Positions 30,705 to 42,366 of a DNA stretch of 54,543 nt are shown piece by piece (within the stretch, counting starts at the first letter, position 1; each line of letters begins with the position of its first letter). The notes under the pieces were generated by a model, which worked only from the letters and a program-made list of their open reading frames with translations, had not been told where the DNA came from and did not search any database. A program made the position numbers and the translations under genes. Origin of the DNA: Chromera velia (lineage: Eukaryota); the NCBI GenBank assembly GCA_018398765.1, contig JAHBMJ010000185.1, forward strand, positions 1 through 54,543, read 5' to 3'.

Positions 30705-32852
30705 ATGTATTTGAGGCGAGTCTCCGACGTCTTCGGCAGGGGGGCTGTTGACGTCTTCGCAGCCTCGCGGAGAGGCTTCTTTTCGGGCAGCAGCAGGAAG
30801 TTCCGTCCGCACCCTGTACTGGCCCCCTTCGTGAAAGAGGGGGTGAAGGAGTCTGACTACGACAAGATCCTGGGACGGAGGGGTATTCAGAACTCCCCGC
30901 GCGATGTCGTTGTCCTCGGAGGATCGGGAGTTGGTAAGTCTGCTGTCTCCAATGGATTGTTGGGCTGTGATGTGGTCCCTAGCGGGGTCAATCACACAAC
31001 CCAAGGCGTCACAAGAGTGGGCTGGGGGACAGACTACAGTGTGAACGGTCGTATTGTTTCGGAACCGTCTTTCCCGGCGGAAGTGCGGAAGCGTGCAGGA
31101 TCCGCGCAGCCTTGCGAGATCTCTGTACCTGGAGACGGCGTCACTGAGGTGATCGACACGCCAGGGCTTGACGAGTCTGGAAAGGTGCAGGAGCACCTTG
31201 AAGCTCTTCACAAGGAATCGAAGCGGCCTACTATTTTGCTGTGCGTGGAGAGAGCAGGTGGGTAGGTTTGCCGGTTGTTCGCTTCATGCGTTGCTTTTGA
31301 ATGCCCTGTTCTTCGATCACTCCCTACTACCGTCTCTTATGACTTTGTTTTCCTACTTTCCTTGACGCCCCCCTCATTCCTTCTTCTGCATTTGAAATCC
31401 GATTGCTGTTCTCCTGCTTCCCACGTGCATCCATCCATCACTGTCTCAGTGCGTATGCTTGACCTCTCTCACGGCTGGATGTCAAAAAAACGTAAAAATC
31501 TGCGTGAGCGTGCGGTTACCTGAACCTGCTTGTGCGTTCTTGCAGATATGGAAAAGCTGTCCTTGAAAAAGTTCGCTTTCCTGAAAGAGAGGCAGAAAAT
31601 TTTCGTCTTCACCCACGCCGACGTCCTTGCCCAGAACTGCGCGAGGGACTGCGAGTCGAAGTTCAACACCCACACTGCTGCCTCCTCCTTGATCAACCAT
31701 CAGGAAGAGAAGATCCGCAAGCAGGTGAAGAATGAGCACCCAGATGCCATCGTTGTCTTCCTGGCCAAGCAGGATGGGGTGAACAAGTTTTATCCTCCAC
31801 TTCTCAACTACCTCGCACAGCTCATCGAAGCGAATCTTGACCATCAGGAGGCGGTTCGGAAAGCGGATGCAGTGAGAGCGTTTCTCGACTCGAGGGAAAA
31901 GGAGGTGTACAAGTATGTGTCGAACATGTTGGACGCGAACATGGACAGCATCAAAGACGCCATCATGCAGCTCATCAGAGAGAAGGAGACCATCGCTATG
32001 AACGGCTTCCTCGAAAAGTTCGGCTCGAACATGAAGGGTATCTTGGAGAGGCATCATCGCCAAATGTCTCCCCTGCCTCGGACAAAAGCGGCATTCACCG
32101 ACGAGCTCTTCGAAAGCTCAAAGGAAGAAATCATTTACGTAATGAACGAAACGACTGCTCAGTATCGCGACAGTATGAAAACCGCGTTGCGGCATGAGCT
32201 CTCTGTTTCCGTGACCCCAAACTTAGCCCAGCAGCTGAGAGGCCTGTACGTAAATGCGCATGTGATCCCCCCCTTCGAGCAGTGCTGCAACCTGGTGTTG
32301 GGTTCCATTGAACAGTGTTGGGGGGAGCCTGCAAAGTTTGATTCCAAAGGCAAGCACCACTCGTCGTGGGAGCACGGTGCATGGGGCGCTTTTGTGTACA
32401 CGGCTGTGTTGGTTTTGACTAGGAATCCATGGTGGGCAGCGCGGGCGGGAGCTGCTTCCGCAACCGCTAGTTGGGTAGGAGAATCTATCTTCTCTCCTTC
32501 CGACGTGATAATTGAATTGTGCAAGCATGGAAAGGAAGAAATGGAGTCTCTGCTCCAAAAGGGAAGAGAGAGGATGGAGGGTTCTGAGGGATTGGAAAAA
32601 ACGATTCGGCATGCAGTAGAGACAGCTCAGGAAGGAGGCCTGCACCCGGCGATTGTAGAAGAGCTGCGCGCCATTGAACAAACCCGTAGTTTCGCGGAAA
32701 AGAAATGTCAGGACGCCCTGCAGAAAGTGCGTGACATCGAGAAAAATCAGCCGTCTGTCTCTTGTCTCCACCCACCCCGAGTATTGCGTAGTTGCGAAGA
32801 CTTGACAGAAGCACTGCGCAAAGTTGAAGAGTTATCGATGAGAAACGCGTAG
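30705..32852 (+). CDS. Dynamin-like (BDLP/mitofusin-like) P-loop GTPase, ~620 aa
   Basis: Exons 30705-31257 and 31546-32852 (phase 1; a small extra exon ~31450-31491 is possible). G1 GGSGVGKS, LLG.DVVPSG..HTT, G3 DTPG, G4-like THAD, helical stalk, hydrophobic segment GAWGAFVYTAVLVL..AGAASATASWVG, C-terminal helix. Confidence 0.75.
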
Positions 32853-33528
32853 GCGCCAGTAATGGAAAACTCCGCTTTCTGTTTTATGGCAGTCGGGAGG
32901 GGGAATCACCATGAGGAAGGAGCGAGAGAGAGAGAAAAGATGAGAGCTAATGTGGTTGTTTTCTTTTCTGTTCTTTCGGGAGTGGGGGAACGGGGGGGTG
33001 ATGGGGGATCTTTGGATCCCTGGGGCTGCTTGGCTGTGCTTCGCGTTTGTACCAACCTATTTTCATGCAATATGCTTCGAGCGAATGCCGGGGTGTTTGT
33101 AAGTGCGGCTTTTTGTACAATAATGGCAGTGCTGAGCTTGTGTCTTCGGTCTTTTCCTTGTTTGCGCTTGCCACTCCGTCCCGCGAGACTATCTCTCTGT
33201 GGTGGTGGTTGGATGAGTGACTGAAAGTAGAGAAAAATACATGCATGAGACAAGACACTGAAACCGCCTTTTCCTAGGCCTTTTCGCGCGTCACTTTTCT
33301 CGTCTGTGTGCTGATGCTCAGACTTCTTTTTTCCTTGTGTGCGTGTGTATCTATTCTTTCTCATGCTTTATTTATCGATCGGCTGACGCTCGATAGAAGC
33401 TAGGCCGGGTAGAGCTATGCACGGCCGCTCTGTAGCCTGTAGATAGCGATTTTTACTCTGCTTGAATCTCATGGTTTAGAGCCACCGCCAGTTTGCATGC
33501 AGCATACACTTTGACGTTCTAGGCGACG

Positions 33529-34541
33529 CACAGTGGTAAAAAAAAAAAAAAATCTGAAAACGTCTATTTTTTTTTTTTTAATTTAAAATTTTATTGTATA
33601 TGTAAAAAAAAATAAAGGTTAAATGACTAGCTTCAACTGGAGTTTGAATCATATCTAGGATCCCAGTTTCACTTTTAGCTTGGTAGACGCTTAAAAGGAT
33701 TGACCAAAACTAGCTTCGACTAGAGTTTCGAAATGTATATCGTCCTAGATATCGTCAAAGAGCCAGTCAAAGAATTTCTCCTCTGTCTGCTCTTCTGTCT
33801 GTATCCATGCATCCATCCTTCTTATCACTCTTTGCATAGGACAAAAGAGAGCCCCCTTTTCCCTTCGCCCGCCCGCTCGTCTTCGTCCCTGTAATCCCCT
33901 TTTGCGATGGTCGCTGCGTGCAGTGCCATACACGCAGACTTCATTTATTTTTCAATTAGCATGAATGGTGAAACGATGGACCAGGTTATTCCCTCTGTCT
34001 CCCTCGTCTCTCACACTCAGTTGGTCCATCACCTAGTCCATCACCCGGCATCCCTCAGAGGAGGGAAGCAAGAACGACGTCAGATGTGTCTGAGAGAACC
34101 ACCACAGACGTATGTATATGTCTGTACGTCTTTGTGTCTATGTCTATCTAACTGACAGCGTCTCTTGGATAAATACGCGGACCATCAGTCTGGCATCAGA
34201 CACGAACACACAAAAAAAAAGAAGTAAAAACAGGAGCAAAGACTACCATATTTACCAATCTTTGTGATGGCCTTATAATCACTCAGGAGGTCAGCAACGC
34301 GAATTGTCTGGCCTCCGTTCTCCTCACACTGCTCAAGCATTAGAACTAGGGTTAAAACTAGGGTTAAAAAATATTTAAAACTTTTTGTTGAGTAATAAGT
34401 TTGCAAGGAAGTTAGTTTAAAAGTACTTCTAAAAGGTGCTCCTCTAGGTGCTCCTAGGGGTGCTCTTGGAAATCCTTCGTAGAAAAAAAGAAAAAAAAAA
34501 AATCTGGAAAGGTCTATTTTTTTTTCTTTTTTACCACTGTA
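33529..34541. mobile_element. ~1-kb TIR element with CACAGTGGTAAA ends (CMC/Transib-like, non-autonomous)
   Basis: CACAGTGGTAAAA at the left, TTTTACCACTGTA at the right, CG on both flanks; shared subterminal A-tract-TCTG.AAA.GTCTA-T-tract unit; internal direct repeats ACTAGCTTC.ACT.GAGTTT. Confidence 0.65.
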
Positions 34542-34619
34542 CGTACATGTGCATCGCCTAGTTGACGTTACAGAAGATTGAGAAGAAAGCTCCGCCGCCT
34601 CCTAGGCCGCCGCCGGAGT

Positions 34620-34628
34620 CTGATTGAT

Positions 34629-34674
<46 letters not shown>

Positions 34675-34728
34675 AATCATTCATTGTTTGATTGATTGAT
34701 TGATTGATTGATAGATTGATTGATTGAT
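34620..34728. repeat. (GATT)n microsatellite
   Basis: Direct reading. Confidence 0.93.
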
Positions 34729-34945
34729 CGATCAACGAAAATAGAAATAATGAATAACCTTAAGAATAACTTAATTATAAAATTGGAGCCACGTACTTTG
34801 GAGAAGTTTCACTATTAATTGGGGTTTGAGATTTTCTAAAAAGTAGTTTGACTATAGTAGTTTTGAAGAAAAAAAAAATTGGAGCTAAATTGAAGTTACT
34901 AGGCGTGGTTTCAATATACATTATATTTTTTTAATTTTAAAGATA

Positions 34946-35268
34946 TTGAATGAATTGAATTTGAATTTGAATTGAGGTGGTTAAAGCTGGTGAGCCACTA
35001 CTTAGGCTCTGGCCACCTACGGGGCATGACATGCAATGTTGGTTTGTTGACCTAGCGTATTGATCCATTAACACATGTCAACACGAACTCTCTCTAATTT
35101 GGCTATACACTCCTTAACCGCCCTCATGCCCGCCAGAGGCTAGAACGACAAAATAAGAGCGATCATCTCTCAGACTTTCTTTTCATTCTCCCCCACTCCT
35201 CTACCAGTAGAGGCAGCCACCCATTGCATGTGACTCAGCGCCGGCGGCAATTTCCACCTGTTTCTCAA
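34946..35268 (-). mobile_element. Short LINE 3'-end remnant with (ATTCAA)n tail
   Basis: Shares the 3' stem-loop motif with the LINE end at 35627-35660; the upstream part reads as a degenerate ORF end. Confidence 0.5.
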
Positions 35269-35600
35269 TATAATTTAATATGATATAATAATAAATATAA
35301 TAATATAATTTAATAAATATATAATATAATGTAATTTAACTTTATATACTTTCATATTATCTAGTGAAGTTAGAAATAAAAAAAAAATAAAAGTTTCGAG
35401 AAGGTCCTATACTTAGCACTCTTAGCATTATTATAAAGTAGAAAAAATGATGTAAAACACGTTTCTAGGATTTATATGATTTAAAACTTTAAAGGTTTAT
35501 CACTAGATTTTTTCAAAAAATGACGATTTAGTTCTGTTTTCTTTTCATTTTCCCGAAATCTAGCTCAAAACCTAGGCCTGCATGGATTCTATATGTACAT

Positions 35601-38600
35601 GTATGATAATGATGATGATGTATGAAGTTAAAGCCGGTGAGCCATATAGGCTCTGGCCAACCTAGTATTTCTTGCATAGATTCGATTCCTCGACCTAGGC
35701 CCCACTGGAGCATTTACATGGATCAAAGCCTAGCTAAGGCGGAAATGGAAATAGAAACAGAGGGTAGCTCCACCCTCAAGCAACCAGGGTTAAAAACCAT
35801 CTACATCGGAACAGACTTGCAGTGGCAGGGGAAACGACCGAGAGGGAAGACAAAGCCAGAAAGGGAGACCAAAAAAGAGAAGCAAAAGAACGCGTCCATG
35901 TCAGACTGAGAAATGGTAAGGAGTGCAGTCTACAGGGTAAGAACCCTACGGAACACTTCCCTGGATACCGACTCCTAAGGAAGGGCTCGGCTACTGAGCA
36001 CAGTGGACAGTCAGCAGCGAAGAAGGAATACACACAAGATCAAACGAGAATCAGATGAGATGCAGGCACAGTGACTTCGCTTCCCTGGAGTTGACTAAAC
36101 TGACTGGATTACGGTATGTACGGTAGTCCTATCAGTCTCTCCTGTCCTTCAATAAGACCAAAGGTTAACTCCGTAGGGCACAATCTATTTTTGAGGCAGT
36201 GAAATTATGAGCAAAAAACCGGACAGGAAAAACTTGAAGAAAGAGAAAGAAAAGAGAAGAGATGAAAAGAAGATAAGAAAGAGAAAAATAAAGAGACCAC
36301 CTAAAAAAGCTGTATCCATGCCGCGCGGATACGGGCGTCCCGCCCCCCCACATCCGTGCGAGCTCGAGCACATCCCCCCTGGGCCCGCGCGTTTTACGTT
36401 TCTCTCTCTGTTACATTCTAGCTCTGAACCCACCCCATACACTCAAATAGAGAAAAACAGGAAACAACCATCTGGAGGCAATCGGATCAAGATTTTACCG
36501 TTTACGAAGGCAAGCTGAAATTGCCCATGCGCTGGCAATAGGGTGTTTCTTGAGAAAGAGTGTGAAAATCTCTCTTACTTTCTTTTCATTCTCGCATACC
36601 ACCCATCCTAACTGTTGCTTTGCCATCTGTTATACCCACACGATCAAGTCTAACTCCGAGCGTACGTCTCTTACTTCCTCCAAAAGCCTATCCATGCGTC
36701 CTCTTTCCATTTCCATCCCTTTGCATTCTGTTAACTTATGAACAATATCATTCAATTTACCCCATCCATACATGTCAAGGGGGCAGTGCTCGCAGACAGA
36801 CTCTACCTAGCTCCCCGTTTGAAACTCCTCCCCCCCCACCCAGCAGTGTACGGGCAATCGGCCTAACGTTGGCCTCCGAACAGAGCAGCCTCCTAGGGAG
36901 AGGTCAAACCATAGGAACTCGCCGCCCACTTGAGCCGGTCCATCCTCTCATAATAAAACAGGCCAAGCGCTGTCTAAACGGATGTTCAATTTGGAAGACC
37001 GAAGGCCTCACTCCATTGGAGAAAACACCTTCCCATCTTACCTGCCCTCCCCTACCCTACCGGCCCTCTTTCTGCAGAGAACGGGAGGTTGCGACAAACC
37101 AGTTGTCCAACCATTCTTGTGCCTCCCTACCTCTCCTTTCGACAGCAAGCTTTCTTCTCATTGTTGCTTTCTCACCTGGGCCCGAGTGCACCCCCACATC
37201 AGAGAAGAATTCAGGAGCAAAAGGTCCCACCAACAGCTTGACAGGCCTCCACCATTCTCCGTAAAAGCCATCCTTGCAAAGATCTAAAAATTCGGCTGGC
37301 ACACAGTGGGATGTTAAGGAGAGGCTGCATAAAACTCCCCCCCCTCTTTCTCTTAAGAGAGCCCGTATCGGGCAAAGGCTAGAGATGAAAAGGGAGGGGA
37401 CACAAAACGAATTGCGGAGGAGGCCGAAAACTTATCTAACAAAACGTAATTGTAGATCGTCCAGCGCCTTCATGTCTGCTTGACTGAGGAAAAACACTTC
37501 GAGCCGGCCCCGTAAAAGGCTACAGGAATCCATAGGCCCCGAAAGAGTATAATTTTGGAGGCAGAGGAGAGAAGACCAAGGGAAGCACAGAGCCCTATGA
37601 CCCCCCTCCAGCGCCCTCTCTACCGCCCCCAGCCGATGTCTTACAGAGGGACAGAGAGAGCCGCCTTCAAAGAAAGTGCAGCCTAAATATTTGTACTGAT
37701 CAGTTCTCTTTACTTCCTTTCCCTCAAAGAAGATCGGCTCCCTAATGTTCTCTCCATTATTAGAAAGCCTCATCACTTTAGTCTTTTTCAAATTGACCGT
37801 GAGGCCCCATATCCGACAGTATTCACCCAATTTATTCATTTTTGATTGAAGCTCCCACGAGCAACGATCAAACAGAATAAGATCGTCAGCGTAACCGATG
37901 CTTTTGAGAGGCTGAGACCCCAAACCGATCGTGTCATCCAGACTAACCCATTCTTTCCCTCTTTTTCTCTTCCCCCCCGCTTCGGTCTTCTTGTTCCCCT
38001 TTCCACTGCTTGCCCCTCTCAATTTACCTGCCCAAGGGTTATCTCGTATTCGGCTTTCTATTGGGCTCTTATCATTCACTATTCCATCCTTCTCTGACTC
38101 TTCCCACCCGTACCTGTTCTCCCGGTCAGCCGAGGAGCTAACGTAGCGGTGTAGGTTATTTATGAACAAAAGAAAGAGCAGGGGAGATAAAGGATCGCCC
38201 TATTTTACCCTCGCCCCCTCCAGTATCTCCCTATTTGCTCCATCAACTCGTGCCCAGACATCAACATACATGGCACAAACTATTAAGACGTCATATTCCA
38301 ACACTCCCTCCTCCTAAAACCGTTTCAACAACAGACCCTGAGGGACCTTGTCAAAAGCCTTTAAAAAATTAATAAAAGCAGCCAAAAGGGGGCGTTTCCG
38401 GGCTTTCGAGCTCGCTACAAGTCCCGCCAGAGCAGCGATAGCCTCCCTAGTCCCTACCCCTTTCCGAAACCCCAGCTGTCAGTTGTTTAACATGGTCTAT
38501 TCTCTCAGTGACTGTCTTTTATCTATCAGAAGGGCAAACAGCTTTGCAAGCAAATACACGATATGTATGGGTCTCCATTCCGAGCAGTCAGGAGAGGAGG

Positions 38601-39240
38601 GGCCTTTCGGTACCGGAACTACACAAATTAAATTTTAAAGAGACGACCAATAAGAACAACGATGAAATAAATTAAAGAAGGCAAAAAGAAGGATTCAAAA
38701 CGAGAAAAGGGAGAGAAGTTGAAGCATGGGTCGAGATGCCTGGGGGAAACGCCCCCAATTCCGTTTGCTTTACTCATATCGATCGATCAGAGGGCACCAA
38801 TAATCCTTTTATAAGAGAAGGCCGGAGGAGGAGGTGGAGAAGGGAGACAGGAAACAGGGGAAGCAACTGAAAGAGGAGGGAGCCCTTCACCCTCAAAAAC
38901 AGAGGCCCAGAAATCGGTAAAAGCCTCGGGAGTCGGTCTGTCTCCTCCGCTTTTCATACTGCCCCTTTTCCTCTTCCAATACCAAATCGCCAAGGGGTCA
39001 GACGCCACCTCCCTTGCTAGCCTTTCTGCTTGTTGGTTCGAGTGCTCAGCTTCTTTACGGGCAAACAATCTCTTCTTTGACTTGCGAAGGGACTCAAGCC
39101 TTCTCTTTGCACTCTGGGTGGGACCTTCCCAGTCTCCTTCATCGGGCCCCCAGATTCCTTTTTGATCCTTGCATTCTTTCTCGGCCACCCTGACCTCTTT
39201 TTGTTTTGCTGTACACTCTTCGTCCCACCAGTCTGGCCTG
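35601..39240 (-). mobile_element. 5'-truncated, degenerate LINE (RT of APE-type clades, C-terminal CCHC knuckle, (CAT)n tail)
   Basis: PDWWDEEC, KAFDKVP, GVK*GDPLSPLLFLLFINNL, GYADDLIL, GLTVNLKKTKVM, YKYLG, CEHC-x14-H-x4-C (36722-36793); stops and frameshifts. The clade is not assignable by eye. Confidence 0.85.
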
Positions 39241-39258
39241 GTATATTATATTCTCATT

Positions 39259-39291
<33 letters not shown>

Positions 39292-39332
39292 CTAGCATGG
39301 GTAGTATTATACTGAAATGAGATACAGAGGCA

Positions 39333-40560
39333 ATCATCATCCATTATTATCATCATCATACGCCATCGTTGTCTGCCTAGACTAGTGGCCTAGCCTTCAA
39401 AGCTTCTAACGTTTGGCAAGAGACAAGTTTGGCAGCCCTCCCCCAGAGGAGAAAGCATACAACACAAAAACACGACAAATGACCCCCAGCGGCTTAAAAG
39501 GGGCTTGTCCTGAACTATGAGAAAAGGTTGGCTTTAAACGCTGGTCTGTAGCATTAAAAGGTGGCCAGGGGGAGCCAAGCTACCCCGGGCTGCCTTCTTC
39601 TATCCCATCTCTCTCTTTTTCCCTTTTTCTTTATTCTCTTTGCTTTTCTGGGGGGTTTTCTCCAACTGGTGTTCGAATACTGGAAAACTCATGCCATTAC
39701 AGCCATGTGCTCTATGGCAGGTACATACGTGTGACTTGCTGTCCTGACCCAGGTGGAAAACCCCCATCGAGTCATACCCCCAGATTTTCACCGTCTCCTC
39801 CGATTTTCTTAATTCTTCTACACAGCACCGCCTTTTTAAAAACTGGCTGCGGCCGGCGTGAGCGCGGCTTGTCTGGTCGGCATTGAAGGAAGGAGGAAAC
39901 CTGGAAGGCTAGCATCTACCCCCAGGCGTGCGAAGTCACGGGCACTGCCGTGTTTGCCATGGTTCTGGATCTGAGTGGAATAGAGAGCCCAGCTCGCAGG
40001 CATCTCCTCAGTCAGTTGAAGCTGCGAAGTCGTTGTGGATGTTTTACTTCCTCTGCTTGCTCTATGGTTATCCTTTTGGAGTACCGCTACTTGTTCTGGA
40101 GTGAGGGGACACAGTGGTACCTGGCGATTCCGGGGGCCTCAACTGCGTCAAGAGACTGGGGGAACAAGAAGTTTGTAAAGCCGTCTCCGACTGTTGTAGA
40201 AGAAGCTCATAGGCTACCAGCTCCCAACACTATGAGCTTCTTCTGCAACAGTCAAAGACGGCTTTGCAAACTTTTTGTTCCCTCAGTCTCGCCCAGTCTC
40301 CGCCCGGGCCGCGCGTCACTTGAGGAGAACCTTGATGGCCTCCAGCTTTACTCCTTTCTCCTCCTCGACTTCGACCTTCTCGTCGATTTTCCCCCTCCAG
40401 ACATGGACAGCTTTCTTGTATGCAGTCATCTGGATAAAGGGAGTCAACTCCTTGTCCAGTCCTCGAATGACTCCCTGTCCGAAACATGCAACCAGAACAA
40501 TGTAAAAGACCCCGAGTTTATTAAAAAAGGATAATAACGGAATGGGCAAATGGAGATTCT
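39333..40560 (-). mobile_element. Retroposed element with RTE-like 3' end/(GAT)n tail and a degenerate non-RT ORF
   Basis: Reverse complement ends CTTGCCAAACGTTAGAAGC...CGATGGCGTATGATGATGAT, like the RTE at 2657-2718. The 5' boundary is unknown. Confidence 0.5.
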
Positions 40561-42366
40561 GACTCTGTTGATAACAAAAGAGTTAGAGCACATTGATGCT
40601 GAATACGTGTATCCATAAACGTCCACAAGATCACCCAATGGACTGCATAAAAGACTGTGGAAGACACATAGGAAGGAAAACAAAGAAGATTCTCGTCAAT
40701 TTCTTGACAATCATCCTAGAGAGCATAAATTCTAAGCCCACACAGTGAACGACTCAGACTTGTTCCTCATGTATGGACAGATTGCACCTCAGATGCATCT
40801 CACAGGTTCTGCTCACGCAGAGATTTGGGCTCCTCCCTGTCCCTTCACTCCAGCTGCGCACAGTCTCTCTGCCGTGGACGCAAACACGCTCTCTAGCCAG
40901 CCCGTTTCCTTCGCAGGATCCTCAATCGCAGCCTCCAGGGCAACTGCAACAGTATGTAAATTTAAAGCAAAACGAGTAATTTATCGATGCTGCGGTGTGG
41001 CTTGGTCTGTAGACTCCGTTACAATGCCCTTCCTAAATATTATTAGACAGATTTTATTCATCTTTATACAGGCAGGCCGAGGCAGACAAACTAGCAGACA
41101 AACAGACAAAGGGATATGCAGACAGTGCTATTCCTTTTCTATCGCTTTCATTTCACTCCTTCAGATGCCGTCAGATGCATGCAAAGATACAGACCTTCTC
41201 CCCACGTTTCTTTTTCATTCGTTGGTTGATCACTGACTCACCCATCCATCGATTGCCTCACTTGCTTACTAATACTTATTCTTCTCACTCACTGAGGCCC
41301 TCCTTGACTCAGCAGAAGAACAAACTTTCCATACGCATGGACACCTACTTGCTCAATCACTCGCCGCCACTCACCAATGATGATTTGACGCCCACTGAAA
41401 CAAACGTTCAAACTCACCATGGGATTTCGATCTCTTTGTGACAGCAGCCCACACGGAGACATCCTTGCTCTGCGATTGTGAGAGGCACAATTGTCCTTCT
41501 GTCCACTCGTATTGGACAGCCAAACCTGTTGTAGCAGAGCTCGAGGACTTCTCTCCCTTCCTAATATTCCGTTACCTCCACGACAAACTTCCCGCCCATA
41601 CAGAGAAATGTGGTACAAGGATCCCCTGCACTCACTGTCCTTTCGTTGACCCACAACGTCCTAAGGACGAATTTTTGCGCCTCGAGAACGAATTCTCCTC
41701 CCACTAGTAGCTTCTCCTCCTGAAGCCCCCTGGGCTAGAGCATCGAACCCTGAATGAAAGATGTTCAAAAAGAGGAAAAGAGACAGATCACAATATATAG
41801 GAGATAAAAAGATTCTTTAGAAGACCACACTGGTGAGAGAGTTAACAAAACTAGACGTAAAGAAATACAGTCTCTGGGGACTCTCTGCATGAGCAGCATT
41901 ACTTTGCGATTGGAGAAAGTGGAACGGCATCTCTCTGGACCTCTTTCTCTTTGCTTTTTTTCCCTGTACATCCTTTTTCACTCAAAACTTCTGAACGACT
42001 TCCTTCAGTCCACAGTCCTAGCCACAATCCATCCACATACTTACAGAAAGAGGTCCGGTGGCACCGGGTGGCACGACCCCTTTTCTTTTATGAGGGTTTT
42101 GCCCTCGTGTCAGACTGGGCAGACGACGTGGGTCAACAACTCGTGGTGTATATCTCTGACACACTCCATATTTAGGTCATCGGGCCGTGACATACCGATG
42201 ATGGTGATCACTCTCCGTTTTTAGGTCCCTTCAGCCTTCATAAACTCTTCAGAATGACACACTCCACAAAACACACTCCGATTTTAGGTCCTCGGCCCTG
42301 AACTCTCCGGGAGTTGGTGACCCATGGCAGGCGACCTCTGAGACAGCCCTCTTTTCCCCTCCCTCC

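Noticed and set aside
33529..33560. Functional V(D)J RSS or RAG-like transposon
   Set aside because: Heptamer only; no proper nonamer spacing, no 5-bp TSD and no transposase nearby.
34341..34370. TAGGGTT telomere-like repeats
   Set aside because: Only two degenerate units inside a transposon remnant.
41175..41707. Cys/His-containing short ORFs resembling a zinc finger
   Set aside because: Spacing fits no finger I recognise and no gene model could be built.
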